A stretch of DNA of 62,505 bases, counting the filler, from Choristocarpus tenellus KU-1152 (taxonomy: Eukaryota; Protista; Phaeophyceae), in assembly GCA_964200185.2 (NCBI GenBank). It is 10 parts of 10 records of this genome, joined end to end, with 100 filler letters (N's around TTAATTAATTAA, not from the genome) between each part and the next. Parts side by side here need not be neighbours in the genome. Positions count along the whole stretch, not along the records: positions 1 to 5,867 come from CAXNAD020009557.1; positions 5,968 to 14,015 come from CAXNAD020005227.1; 8 more parts are not named here. One strand, written 5' to 3'. A model generated the notes under the pieces. The model was given only the letters and a program-made list of their open reading frames with translations. It was not told the origin of the DNA and searched no databases. A program made the position numbers and the translations under genes. Below are positions 1 to 13,315 of this stretch, piece after piece. Within the stretch, counting starts at the first letter, position 1. Each line of letters starts with the position of its first letter.

Positions 1-770
1 TACAAGAAAAAGGCAGAATACAGTTTTTTGGGGTGGACGGATTTCAGGCGCTGGCTCTTCCCTTCCCTTTTGTTCGCCCCCCCCCCCCCCCATTGGAAAA
101 CCGCACAGGGTGAGGTGAATGAGGGCGAGTAACCTTTGATACCAATACAATGTCAGGGGGGTCGGTTGCCCTGTACTAACTACCCCTCGACCATACAACA
201 GTGGAGTCTGTTCATCCTGCAACATTTTCTGTCAAAAATAAAAACACTAATCCTTGAGCTTCAAACGCTAGCCGCTCCACTCCACATTCTACTCACTGCG
301 TTTGTGTTAGGGGCCTGATTTTGCAACGGGCCCTTTTAGAGACATTGTACCCAAGCAGACAGCTCCAAGTGGGTTGTGGACCAATCATCTCTAGTCATAT
401 TTTCACTGTAAAACCCGCAACATGTGAAGCACATATTATGTATATTGAGCTCTAGTGCACGTGTAGTATTTGCTTACAAGGACATACAACATACATAGTA
501 CAATCATACGGTGCTCTCAAACACAAAACATGTAACACATAACACATAGCATAAAATAAGCAACACGTAACACGTAACACGTAACACAAAAAAAGTAACA
601 TACCCTACGAGAGAGTTCTCCACCGAAGCACCTGGTCGATCAGAAGCCCCTCAAAACACACAAATAACAATCATGACCCTCTGTTCTTCAGTACCAACGG
701 CACCAAGTCTCTTAGAAAACGCACTCTGTTGCACAATATATATATATATATACATTTTTTCCTTCATCAC

Positions 771-1067
771 CTGGTCAGCAAACCCTGACACCCCACCAAT
801 GAGGTCGAGGTCTATCTCATTCAGGCGTTGTGCAGCAAGCAAGCTCTCCTCTTGTTCCACACATACCTGTCGTGGCATTCAAAGTCAAAGAGACCAGGGC
901 AGCACACGCTCACGTCATGACACAAACCCCACATCAAGCTGTACATATACCACCACACCCCAGTACTACAACCGATCACAAGAAAGGAGCAGGGAGGAGG
1001 GCAAGCAGAGACTGAGGAGCAAACCAAACACCATCACATCCACTTCAACAAAACAGCTCTCTCTCTG

Positions 1068-1102
<35 letters not shown>

Positions 1103-1576
1103 TTTCCACAAACTAGAAAAAAAACAAAGAACAGGTGGGAAGAGAGTCGGTACACTCATAAAACAAAAAAGAAAAAAAGAAAAATTTTAAAAAAGGTAGA
1201 ACACAGTGCATTACCCATTGCCCGCACAACACCAGAAGGCCACATCATCTACACACACATCTACACACACATCTACACACACATCTACACACCTGTCAAA
1301 CCCAATGCCTTTCCCGGCAAAAAAGCACCCTACACACAAAATATGATCCACTCACCCTCCTTGACCAAACAAACAACACAAAAGCGTACCACTGTGTCTA
1401 CACTATTTACCAGTATTCCCAGGCGGGACAAGGGGCAGGCAAGAGGGGGGGGGGGGGGTGCCATCCCTGGTGTGGTTGATACCTTGTTGTTGAGGTCATC
1501 CAGCTGGGCCTTGAGGAAGTCAACTTCATTCTCTCCTGTCTCATAGCCACAGCAGTCCAGACAGCCCCGATATTCC
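771..1576 (-). CDS. Two internal exons (1576-1483, 866-771) of a spliced gene, possibly the cytosolic loop of an OSCA/TMEM63 (CSC1-like) channel
   Basis: Both exons have AG/GT boundaries and join in phase 0: EYRGCLDCCGYETGENEVDFLKAQLDDLNNK|VCVEQEESLLAAQRLNEIDLDLIGGVSGFADQ. The CCG...VD....QL..LN.V..EQ pattern resembles the OSCA intracellular linker. The family assignment is recalled, not searched. Confidence 0.45.
1246..1292 (+). repeat. Minisatellite, 12-bp unit CATCTACACACA x~4
   Basis: Directly visible tandem repeat. Confidence 0.85.
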
Positions 1577-2014
1577 CTGCCAGGTCAGGGCGGGAGGAGG
1601 GTGGGGGGGGGGCAGGGGCAGGCAGGTAATGTAACTGATTGATGCAGAACAAAAGATGAGACAAGAGGAATGTCTAAGGCATATATGGTCCAGGCAACAC
1701 AGTACTATTCACAATTGAGTGCGGAGTGGTAAAAATCGATGAAGTTTGGGGAATTGGAAAATGATATAGGTCTGTGACTGGCCACGGGTTGCTACAGAGC
1801 AGATCAGAGCTATCATTCAGAGTCAAAAACCTTCAGGACCTTACCTAATTGACAACCGTTTCCCATATGAACACAAGAAAAAAGTTGTATCTTAGATGCA
1901 GTTGTTTACATATTTCCAAAACTGATCTCAACAGAGATCTAACTACAGAGTTCTACTTATTTGAAACAGCTAATAAAATCACCTTCCAGTGACCTAAACA
2001 CTGACAAGTTAGCG

Positions 2015-2088
2015 ACCTTTCTCTCAACAATTCAACATCAACCTTTCTCAACAATTAAACACCAACCCTTCTCAACAATTCAACACCT
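2015..2088 (+). repeat. Tandem repeat, ~25-bp unit x3
   Basis: acc(t)ttctcaacaatt(c/a)aaca(t/c)ca repeated three times. Confidence 0.75.
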
Positions 2089-3184
2089 TGCAGGCGGTGG
2101 GTGTATACTGCGAACACTACTGTAATGTCTGTATCATACATACAGACATTCACGTTCTCTTGTACTTCCTCCCTTCAGCACCAGCTCCGACATTTTGCAG
2201 GGCAGGCACAAAATGTACAGGATAATATATATAGTAGACCTTTTTTCATATTGTACATACATGTATATATACACATACACATACACATAAATCTTTCGGG
2301 GGGGTCTTGCAAAAAAGAGATTCGAGACTGCCCTAGTATCTCAACAAAACCTGACTTAGTCCACCAATTCTATGTCAACCCATTTCAAAACCGCAAGAAA
2401 CGCCTTCCCAATACAGTATTAAAAATCGCCTCGCAGAACTGTTTGAGCTGATGTTGAATGCTAACGGAGAAAGCACTCACTATTGAGATCAGTACATCAT
2501 GATGTTTTCCCGTGAGGCAAGAGAGACACTACGAGATACCTCTATCGTTTGAACGGAGTCGATCTTCAGGTAGGTAGAGATACATAAAAACAATTTTTAA
2601 AAAAATAGCAGGTGCGCTAAAACACAAATACTACGGTGGGATACACTTAAAGGCACTCGAATAATGTAAGAGGGCGTAAGACTAACACACACAACACAAC
2701 ACAACACAACATGAAGTAATCTGACACCCTTACACCCAACATAAACATGAAGCACCAAACGTGAACACTCACCTACAACACTTCATGTCATCGATATATA
2801 TATATATATATTTCGTTTTAAAAGCCTTCCATTCTCAGAAGACACACATGGTTTATCACAAAATAACTATTATTACAACATAGAATATAATACTTCACCA
2901 GCCACCCTCTTATTCTTCTACACACAAACACACACACACAAACATGTCAAACCGAGATTCCCTATATTTGTCAGCCAATGCCTCCACATTACATTCAAAC
3001 TTTACCCACCAACGCCTACTTCACAAGGCACGCCCATCTCAAAGCAAACATCATGATTTTTTGCACCATTACAACCCCCCTCCCACGTCACAAGGCAGTC
3101 AGCCTCTCTCTGATTGACAAACCGGTTTGACAGGCGAACAAACGTGTCTAAGAGGGACATTTCCAAAGATCATAAGAGACCACC

Positions 3185-3211
3185 AACCCTAACCCTAACC
3201 CTAACCCTAAC
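3185..3211 (+). repeat. Interstitial telomere-like (CCCTAA)4
   Basis: aaccctaaccctaaccctaaccctaac. Confidence 0.8.
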
Positions 3212-3309
3212 TCCTCCAGTCGACCTTCACTCGCTGCCTTGTCTTTCAAAAACCTACTCACAGGGTCAAAACCCTTCAGCGCCCGCAGCCTCCTCCTCAA
3301 CAAAGCATT

Positions 3310-4180
3310 ACCTGGATTTCTATCTCAGGATCTACAACTAATCGACTGACTTTTCCAGGAGGGCCTTGCACACATCCTGACAATCACCTCTCTCCAGGAT
3401 ATTCTTTGAGCCACCAAAGCTGTCCCTGCTTTACTCCAGTCATTGTCTCCCTATCAAGTAGTCAAGGAGTTAGAAATGTCCTCAGTCAAACTTTTCAGAT
3501 TCATTTGCCACCTGTTAGTAGGTGTTAGTAGGTGCAGAACCTCTCTTGCCTTCCTCGTCCTCACCATCAACACAATCGCCCTTAGGCTCCAGCTCACCAA
3601 CAGCTCTACCCTTACACCAAGAATCCCCAATGGCACACAAATCTAAACTGCAGCCCTTGGTATATACAATCACCACTACTCCAGTGTATATACATATCAG
3701 TGTTGAGTCTTGCTCCTACACTTCATGTTGACCTTGCCAAGGTTCTATGCCATCATATCCTCAAGTAGAACATTCATAAGTGCTCGAGCATTCTCCTTGA
3801 ACTCCTCTGCTGGTACATCATCGAGGGCAGCATCCCCCTTTACTGCATCACGCTCAGATTGGGTGTATATCCTCACTGTACATCTTAGATGTTAATATTA
3901 ATGTTGATGTCGTCACATGCTCAGCAGATGATTCTCCTCAGAAAACACCATTGTCAAACCTAAACGCAGATGGCGATATCTGGCTCCAGAACACTTGACA
4001 GGGTGATGAACGAAAATCCTGACTTCATTCCAAAGATAGCACTTGATAGCCGTTGTTCACAGGGCTCTAGAAAAATGCATCCATGGACGATCAGCCCATG
4101 AAGAGCCAACTGAACAAAACCTGGAGGTTGATCTGAACCTGTAATATGAGCAACAGGGTGAAGATAGTGGAGCAACATTT
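3310..4180 (-). pseudogene. Degenerate coding relic of unknown origin (probably a TE remnant)
   Basis: Protein-like stretches (VRIYTQSERDAVKGDAALDDVPAEEFKENARALMNVLLEDMMA; VANESEKFD*GHF*LLDYLIGRQ*LE*) broken by stops and a 10-bp duplication (CACCTACTAA x2). Confidence 0.3.
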
Positions 4181-5749
4181 AGACACTGAAAAGAAAAAGG
4201 GGTATTATTTTTATTTCCTGCGGGAGAGCAGGTCAACAACTTCAACATGCCCCAGCATGCTCTGCACACTTTCAAGCTATTTTTTTTTAAGTTACCGTCC
4301 ACAAGGGGGAAAAAAAGTTGTGAGAGTGAACACAATTCACAAATAAACTATAAAAATTATTTTTATTAAATGTGCAGTCATCGACACACACATTATCTAA
4401 AGCAATCCAACAAATAGAAAGCAAAAAAATAAATGCAAAAAAATAAAACAAAAACTGGAGATGGATATACAGAATGAACAAAATGCTGCAGAACAGACAG
4501 CGTTAGGAAGACAAAAAAAAAAAAGAAACAGCAAAGTAGTTACAAAACTCAACCAAATAACATGTTAAAAAAAAAGACTTGCTAAAAAAAAAAACTTTAT
4601 AGACTTCGAAGTTTTCAGGGCTTCACACCAGACCAGAAGATAACCAGGACCCTTTGGTTGGCCTTGCTACATGCATATTTACCGGCCCGACCCATGATGC
4701 CCTAGGCCAGCCCAGTCAGAAACATTAATTAAACAGTGACTGTGCAAGTCATTTACAATCCTCCGTCCATTCAATTGTACTACTATCTAAACTTACAAAA
4801 TGACACAGCACAATATGTATGTAAAGTACAACACACCAAATACTTCAGAGAACAATAAAAAAATATAATATCCACAGCCGTACACCAGAAGCAGCAGACA
4901 ATGTATCTGCTTCAAATTTAGAAATTACAAAATACACAACATTTCAAAAAATCACACTTAAATCAGAGTGAGAAGAAAATAAATAAGCAAGAGGCGGTTC
5001 TTTCCCGCAGTCCACTCAACATTACTTTTTTTTTAATATCCAGTTTCCACAACACTACGACCTCACTATTAACAGTGAATGGAGCAGTAGGTACGACATT
5101 GTCATATATACCACCGACGGTAAAATCAAGCCGACAATACATCTTCACGGTTTCTCACAGAGTCATACAGTGCCGTACAATAATTTTCATCTCCATCTAA
5201 AACGCTCGCTCGGTGGAGACCCCCTAGCCCAGTCAGACTAAACTGAGAACTGACTCAATCCAAGTCAAAATGTGCTTCAACTCATGAAAGTCTCGACCAG
5301 GCCAACCCACGGGCAGCCCTATTCAACCTCTGAATAGCCCTGGCCCGGCCTCGTCCAATGTATTTTACACATGACCGGACATAAGGACAGGTCCCGTTAG
5401 AAAAAAACATGTGGTAAGACAACACATACACTATGGAGTTTGTTCTGTTCATACACACACAAAGAATGAATGAAATAAGACAATCTTCACCACAAGGACA
5501 ACTAGTCCACTGACCAGATGCCGTTGAGCCATTCAACATTCAGGTTTCTTCTTTGCACCACCATGTTCTTCCTGCTCTTCCATCGCACCAAGGCCCTCCC
5601 TCCTGCATAGCTTCACCTCGCTCATTGACACCTCCTCCTACTCCTGCTCTCGTACACACCCTTCTTCTCCTTGCACTCATTCATGGAACATCATTGTTCA
5701 CAGCAGAGTAACTGAAGACTCTCGCCAATACAGCTTCACCCCTTGCTCT

Positions 5750-5804
<55 letters not shown>

Positions 5805-5867
5805 ACCGCGCCGGCGGGCCAGCGCGGGGCGGACGACGGGGCGCCGGAACAACCAAAGCAGAAAAAA

Positions 5868-5967
5868 NNNNNNNNNNNNNNNNNNNNNNNNNNNNNNNNN
5901 NNNNNNNNNNNTTAATTAATTAANNNNNNNNNNNNNNNNNNNNNNNNNNNNNNNNNNNNNNNNNNNN
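5868..5967. other. Artificial contig linker N44-TTAATTAATTAA-N44
   Basis: Identical 100-nt structure recurs nine times; the core has stops in all six frames. Confidence 0.98.
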
Positions 5968-6809
5968 GAGGAGAACGGGGAAGGGGGGGGGGGGGGGGGG
6001 GGGGGGGTGGGGGGGGGGGGGGGGGGGGGGGTGGCATGGCACTTCTTGTCCCATGTTGGAGCTGAAAGATTTAGAGTAAACGAAATGCAGGCAGCAAACG
6101 GGCATGGGAGGCAGAATAAGTTAAGGAAGGGTGGGGCGGGGAGGTGAGGAGCTGGGAAAGAAAGAGTCAAGAAGGGTATATCTAAGGAGGCGATTGAAAT
6201 ACCGGTCAGACAGAGATGCTATCGTGGCAGGCCTACGAACAATCCGAAGGAAACATAATAATATTTTAGAATAATAAAGAAAATGCCCGCAGATTTGTGA
6301 TCCGGTGTCTTGTCTTTGTCTCCCCCATGGTCACTCCTGCAACCTATCGACATGTACAGAAGAAGCTCGAGCAAAGATGCAAAGTGTTGTACTATGCAAT
6401 AATAGATGCACACAATTATTTGTGTATGAAAAGCAAGGTCAAGGGCATGCCCCCCCATTCAAAGTTGCTGCCTACTTTTCTGAATCCCACACTAGGCAGC
6501 AAGTGATGCAGTAGGCCTCACATACCATCCCCTCAACTGCGAACTGATTCTTGTCCGTGCCCAAGTCTAAAATATTTTGTTTTTTCATCCCCAGCATCAC
6601 TCAAAGAAGTCATTATTCGTACCCCCTGCACCTTCGGCACTTATGTTACACTTATGTTACAGGCAAATAGCGCTAGTGTTTCTTCTCACGTTCTAACAAA
6701 CGCGAGCAGCATACAGGATTAGTAGCACATATGTAGCCTTACAGAATAAATGCCGATTCCCTAGATGATACAGAGTAAGATTCGGAATGCATATGTAACA
6801 TTGTTGCAG

Positions 6810-7187
6810 AATAAAGGTCTATGATTGGAGTACGTATACAGCAGTTGCATGGAAGACCAAAGAAATTGGGTGGATGATGAAAATAATAAAAGGGCTTTTG
6901 GTCAAAACCATCACCCCTCTTAAAACAGTCTTTGATCTTGAACTTAACGTTAAGTCGAGCTTTGAGCTACACACTGAGCGGAGTATTGAGAAAAGGCTGC
7001 TTGACACCCAACAAACTGTTACCAAGGGCAACGTCCCCATAGTGCCGTTGTTGGATTTGAGTTACACATCCTGTGGAGGTGAGTTCTGGAGTGCACTGTA
7101 ACATGGAGGTCCTACCAAGACTTCCATCCTGTAAAACTTAGCCTTGAAATAAACATTGCTCAAAATTAATTCTACGTATTTTTTCAG
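6810..7187 (+). pseudogene. Decayed 5' LRR-coding extension upstream of the LRR gene
   Basis: Reads ...VPLLDLSYTSCGGEFWSAL*HGGPTKTSIL*NLALK*TLLKINSTYFF. LxxLxLxxTxL periodicity continues through three TAA stops, then sits one base out of frame with the 7188 exon. Confidence 0.45.
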
Positions 7188-10100
7188 ATTAAAAGGAACT
7201 GCACCCTGACCCACCTTGACATATCGGCAAACCGCATGGGAGAAAAAAACTCTTGGGGAACAAGGTGAATCAGGCTGGAATTGGAAGTCTCATGGCAAGA
7301 GAGTGGTTTATTGTGCAGCACCTGTTAAGGGTTGCTGGATACGGATGCAAAAATCTCGCTCACTTTGTTGTTGGAGCTCCAGTCTTTTGGTAGCAGTAGT
7401 ATGCACTGCAACTGTTGGTGTTTGCCTTGACGAAGGTACAATGCCCTTCTATGTTTAGTGACTTCTGAGCAATGCTCTTAACTTTTCCCCTCCTCTATAG
7501 CAGAAATGTGATGTTGTATTAGAAAAATGTGGTGTGTCCAAGTGTTGTCCACTTGACTGATCTACTACTCCGCCACTTAGTGCCCATGCGTATGGAGACT
7601 TGGAAAGGTCCATCTTTTCTGTTCTTAGCATTGAGATTTGTTTGATGCGATGCATACAACTCAGTAAACCAACAGTTTGAGTACAGGGCCAGCGGGGTGA
7701 AGGTGTGCAAGTTTTATCCCGTGATCAATTGGTGTGTTTTTTCGAAGTTCCCCTCCCATGGTCCAGTACTTGCTTCAGCTCCCACATGGTGATGTGCTCC
7801 ATTTGAAAACTTAGCCATATAGGACAGAAAGAATGTTGGTTGGTGTCGCCTTCGATCTGATGGGACAATAAGTTTTTCTTGGATCGTTGCCAACCTCCCC
7901 CACAATCAACTCTCCTGTACATCCTCAGCCCTCTCCTCATGTTACGAAAACATACCATACTGCCTGCTTCATCATCCCCCGTCACCCTCAGCTCCCAGAT
8001 GATGTGTGTTCCCAGTGCAGGCCCCACCCTTGGAAGGTCTCTTCATAGGAACAAGACATTAGTCCTATTGAATGCTGCAGACAATAAGCTTGGCAGTGAC
8101 ACTGGTGAAGCTTTTGCACATGGGGTGAGAAATTTTGGCGATTCTTTTTTTCTTCTTCCCAACAGAGTTCATCAGCAAAAAAATCCAAACAGCCCAAACA
8201 AGTCTTGACTTACTTTGCAATGCATGCCAAGAAGCCACGAAATAAGGAAGAATGAAAAACGAGTACAGGAAGCCCGTTGCAGACCTGGATGGGTAGTATT
8301 TTCTTCCACTCCTTGATGGTTGCGGTTTGTTTTTTGAGTTTTGCCCCTCTCACTCTTTCTACTAAGGGACGATGTCTTCACAATTGCATTTGGAGGTATT
8401 AGTACTGGCCTACCCATACTGCTGCAGATTCAAGGGGGTAACCATTAATGCAATACATGATTAGGAACAAAGAGGAATAGAGGGGGGTTGGAGTGGCGAT
8501 GTGGACAGATTAGAATTATTTGATGTAAAACCTCTGAGCCGATCCAAATTCTGATTGCCTTCCCTTTCCCTTGAAATTATCATGGATGAAGGTCGGAAGG
8601 CACAAGTCGCTGACATCGCTTGATCTCTCCAACAATCTCCTCCTACCAACTGGGGGCAAGGCAATAGCCTTGTGTCTCAACTCTGCCACGAGAAGTTCTG
8701 TCACCAGCCTAAATATTGCTACCAACCACCTTGGGCATAAGGTGTGCTTCTGCTGGCTGTTGAGAGTTAGAAAGGAAATGATGCTTGTACTGAACTCTAT
8801 AGTTCGTTACTGTGGAAACCCTCAACAATATTAATAAAGACGAGTATGCTCATGGTGCATAGAGGATATGCTTCTGTACCAAAGTACTATTAATTTGATC
8901 GTTTTTTTTCTTCACCTTCGTCTGGGGACTGTCCTGGTGTGCTGATAGAGAGACACTACACACCGCACTACTTCCTATATCAGCTTCTACTAATGGTACT
9001 GCCTTCGTTCATGCCTTCCTTCTGGTGGTTTGGGTTCAGTCATCCCACTACTTGGATCTTGTCCTAGGTTAACATTGGTATCTCTTAACTTCAATGCTTT
9101 AGGCTGTTCCCCCCTTAGGTGGTACTGCTTCCCTTCACCTTTAGGAGATTCTCCCCAGAATTTTGAGGACTCTTTGATAATTTTTTTGATAACTTTACCG
9201 AACTTGAGGTTACCTTAGGGTTAGGGTTAGGGTGTCACCCTAACCCTAAAGATAAATAAAAAAAAAGGTGTAGGGGAGCATCGTCTAGCTGGGGTACTGT
9301 CTAAAGTCGAGCATCACGTCATAATGAAGCCTTGTCACGCCGTTCCTGATCTAACGTATTTGCAGGGTAGTGAAAGTATAGTACAGGAATACAACCATTT
9401 ACAAAATAGAAACCAGAATTCATGACAAAAAATGGCATCGGTCGGGTTCGAACCATCGAAATTCATGTCGAGAGTATGATGCTTATCCTCGAAATAACAG
9501 AAACATACGTATTCAATTATATTTATAGATTTTGCTACATTTAAAATTCGCTTCTTTATTTTTCCTTTTTGAAAGATGACTTTTTCGATTTGAATCGTAC
9601 AATAATATAATATATTATTATGCCCTCTGATATTTTGCAGATGTGTCAGGGGGAAACAAATGAAAACTATATACGTATGTCCTCAACATAAGAATACTAT
9701 AAGACAATGCGTGGAAACCACTAATCAGTTACTTCAGCACTATCAAAATAATATAATCCTAAGACATCTCCAAAATTTGAGAAGGCAAAAAAATAACAAT
9801 AGTGTGATTATTTTATTATTATGTCCTCAAACATTTTCCAGATGTGTGAGGGGAGAAATCAATGGAAACAATCAAATGTCAGAACCCCTAAAAAAGTAAC
9901 AATTGCTGAAAATTTGAAAGACATTTTTCTATTTACTATTCTACTACCAGTTATTATTATTCTTATACCCTCGGAAATTTTATAGATCTCTAAAATGAAA
10001 CGATTTTACTCCGCAACAAACAAGTGACAATTCTTTGTGCTGCATAGCAGAGGTCACAGTGAGGAAACTGGAACTATGCACCAATGTAGAAACCTTGTAG

Positions 10101-13100
10101 TAAGGAGCAATCTGGAAGACGAGTACCACATTCAGCCCCATAAGTCACTTCATAAACTTCATCTGCTTATCCTTCTCCTTCTCCCAAGCAATTCTCCCTT
10201 CACACCCTTTCATATAAACCTTGCACTGACGTCCTGAAAAGGTTTCCAAACTCTTTGGAGTAGTTCTGAGGAAAAACATCAATTTGCGTTACCTGGACCT
10301 CTCCAACAATGAGCTTAGAACAAGGGCAGGGGTGGCCATTGCCAATGCCCTACGTGTGAACCAGGGACTAGCCTCGCTATCCCTGCGGGATAATAAAATG
10401 GGAAGTAACGCAGCCAAGGCCTTTGGGCAAGCCCTTGCTGAGAGCCCTTACCTTACTGCTTTGGATCTTTCAGGAAACTCCTTAGGGATCAGTTCTGCTG
10501 AGGGAGGTGACTGTGGTGGTACTGGGACAAGCATTTGTCAAGGCTTGAAAAGGTAGTTGATGTGCAGGGGAGGGGGAGGGGGTAGGGCCGACTCCAGTAG
10601 CCCTACAACCAGATGCTCAGTACTTCGTTATTGTTCTCCTCTCACCTTTCTTGTCCTCACTATCAACCTCTACATTTCCTTGATTTGAAGTTTTCTGGAG
10701 TAGTGCTTGTATCCCCAGGACATCTCAAATTGATATTGTGTCAGGGGCCCGCCCAATCCTCCGTTATAAAAATATGGTTAAAAAGAGTCTCAACTAACAT
10801 GTGCTGGAGCGTCATACACTGACACTAGACCAGTCCTATACTCAATTGCTACCACATGGATATCTTTGTGTATACACTAAAATGTTACAGGTATGCTGTA
10901 GATGAATGAACATTATGTAGTGGAATGCCAAGAAATTGACCTGCCATGGACAAAAGATCAAGTTGCGAGTTTCTAACAGTACTTGGTGCACAGCAGAAGA
11001 ACTGATAGGGTATGCAAACCTCTCAGCATACACACAAATTCACGGGGCAAGAAAGGATAGGCAGAAAATATGGACGGTGAAATGAGACAAATATGTCTTC
11101 AGTTCTTATGCCACCCTTTTCTCCTACCCCATCCCCCCTGACCCCTACCTCAACACTCTAGGAACAGCACACTCACCTCTCTTAGCCTTGCTGGGAGTGC
11201 CTTCACCCCCCTAGAGCTACAAAGGGTCACTGAGTCCCTCCCAAGCCACCCTTCTCTCATCGCTCTCAATCTATCGGGAGAAAAGGTGGAGGAGAGCTCC
11301 GCACACAACATTGCAAACTTCCTCTCTGGAGCTGGCGGTCATGTCCAAACCCTCCTCCTTCCCAGAGGGGGAAGACTCACTGGGTTAGGTGCCCTTGCAG
11401 TAACCAATGCTCTTGCTTCTGCATTGGATCTAGTCCATATAAATATCTCAGACAACCCCTTGGGTCTGGGCGCAGTACAAGAGCTCGCTCACGCCTTGGT
11501 CTTGCCCACTGGGGAGACAGAGACAGGGAGGGGAATTGCTGTGCGTCGACTTGAACTTGCACGCTGTGACTTGGGAGAGATGGGGGGGACTCTGCTAGCC
11601 CAGGCGATTGGGTGCAATCAGTCTATTGAAGAGCTGGACCTATCAGGGAATTCTATGGGTCCGGCAGCGGGCAAGGCACTGGCAAGGTCACTGAGGACGC
11701 TCTATATCTGTGGAAAGGAGGTAAGTGTAATGGTTCTGAGGTTGCTGTGTGCGAATTCTGTGTTTGGATGGAGTATTACCGGTTATGGTAGTGGGATGAT
11801 ATGGGTGCCACATACTGGGCCAAGGTCGCATCAGAAACCTTAAAGCACATAGGGGCGTGTAAACTACTTTAGTATTTTCAATGATATCAAACAGTTGGAG
11901 GGTTTATTGCCAAAGAACATCATCACTGGAGCCAAAGGGTTGAGAGTTAGGGGTAGTAAAAAATGTACTCCATAAGCTAGCTCGAAGTGCTTTGTGCTGC
12001 AACTTTCACCACCTTGAGATCAAGGTGACGTTGGATCTAATAGTGAAGCTAAGTCTCTGGGTGACATGCAGAACATCTGCAGAGTTATGCACTAGTTTCA
12101 AAGGTGACCAAAATTTGTACTTGGACAAACTTGAGAGGATGCGCGGAACAAGTAATCTTGTTTCACACAGCGTCCACAGCAGTCACTCATGTCCCTCTTC
12201 CCCTCACCTCCCCTACCTCTTCCACTGTCCCTAACCTTAAACCCGCCTGTCCATTCGCTGTCATCTCTCTTCCCCCATCTCGCTGTTGTTGACCCTGATG
12301 AGACCATTACAGGTGCGACCATGCCGAATAAAACGGTTGGATGTCTCCCACAACCCCCTTGGGAACAAGGCCGGGATAGACGTCCTCCAAGCCCTGGTGA
12401 ACAGGGTGACAGAGCACATTGATATATCTTTCACAGAGCTGGAGTCAGGCGCTGGCAATGCAATAGGAAGCCTACTCCGCAACCACACCATAGCCTTGAG
12501 GTTCCTCAACGTCGAGCACAACCGCCTGGGCAGGCAAGGTGCCAACAGTATCTTCTGGGCACTGCGACGAAACCTGACTCTCAGACACCTGGACATAAGC
12601 GATAACAACCTGGGTCCAGTCTTTGGCACCAACGCTGACAAGGTTGAGGAGTACGGTACGGCCATCTCCTCTGCCCTGTCACTTAATCAGACCATCGAGT
12701 TCCTGGATCTGGGGACCAACAGGATAAGCTCTGAGTGCGGGGTTGCCATGGCGTCTTCCATCCGTAAGAACCGTTCCCTGTCGAGTGTATACCTCGAGAA
12801 CAACGAGTTAGACGATGATGCTGCCGCCTCCATCGCACTTAAGCTAAGAAACGATCGGCAGCTCACTACTCTCAATATCGCCAACAATCGAATCCGGTGG
12901 AAGGGGGGAGTAGACCTCGCTGAAGCTCTTTCCTTCAACTTCAGGCTGGTCAGGCTCAACTTGGGAAAGAATGACCTCGGGGATGGTGGCACCCACATCA
13001 GTGTTGGCGAGCATTTCGGGAAGGCTCTGATGCAGAACAAGACACTGACACAACTGAACTTGGAGGATAACCGACTGGGGCCAGCAGGAGGCATTGCCAT

Positions 13101-13260
13101 CGGACAGGCTCTTCGCAAGAATAACACTCTACTTGATATCAACCTGGAGAATAACAGGTGGGCGCTTTAATCACAATTAGATGGGCAGCAGGGGGAAAGA
13201 ATTTGGAGCCCATTGCCAGCATAAAGCTCCAGAGCGTCTCATACCAGTACCTGAGTCGGT

Positions 13261-13315
<55 letters not shown>

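Noticed and set aside
12261-13142. Long antisense ORFs over the LRR exon and most other 60-150 aa ORFs in the track
   Set aside because: Shadows of real exons, microsatellite translations or MITE-derived frames (e.g. recurring PTPKHFGVG from the MITE A palindrome)
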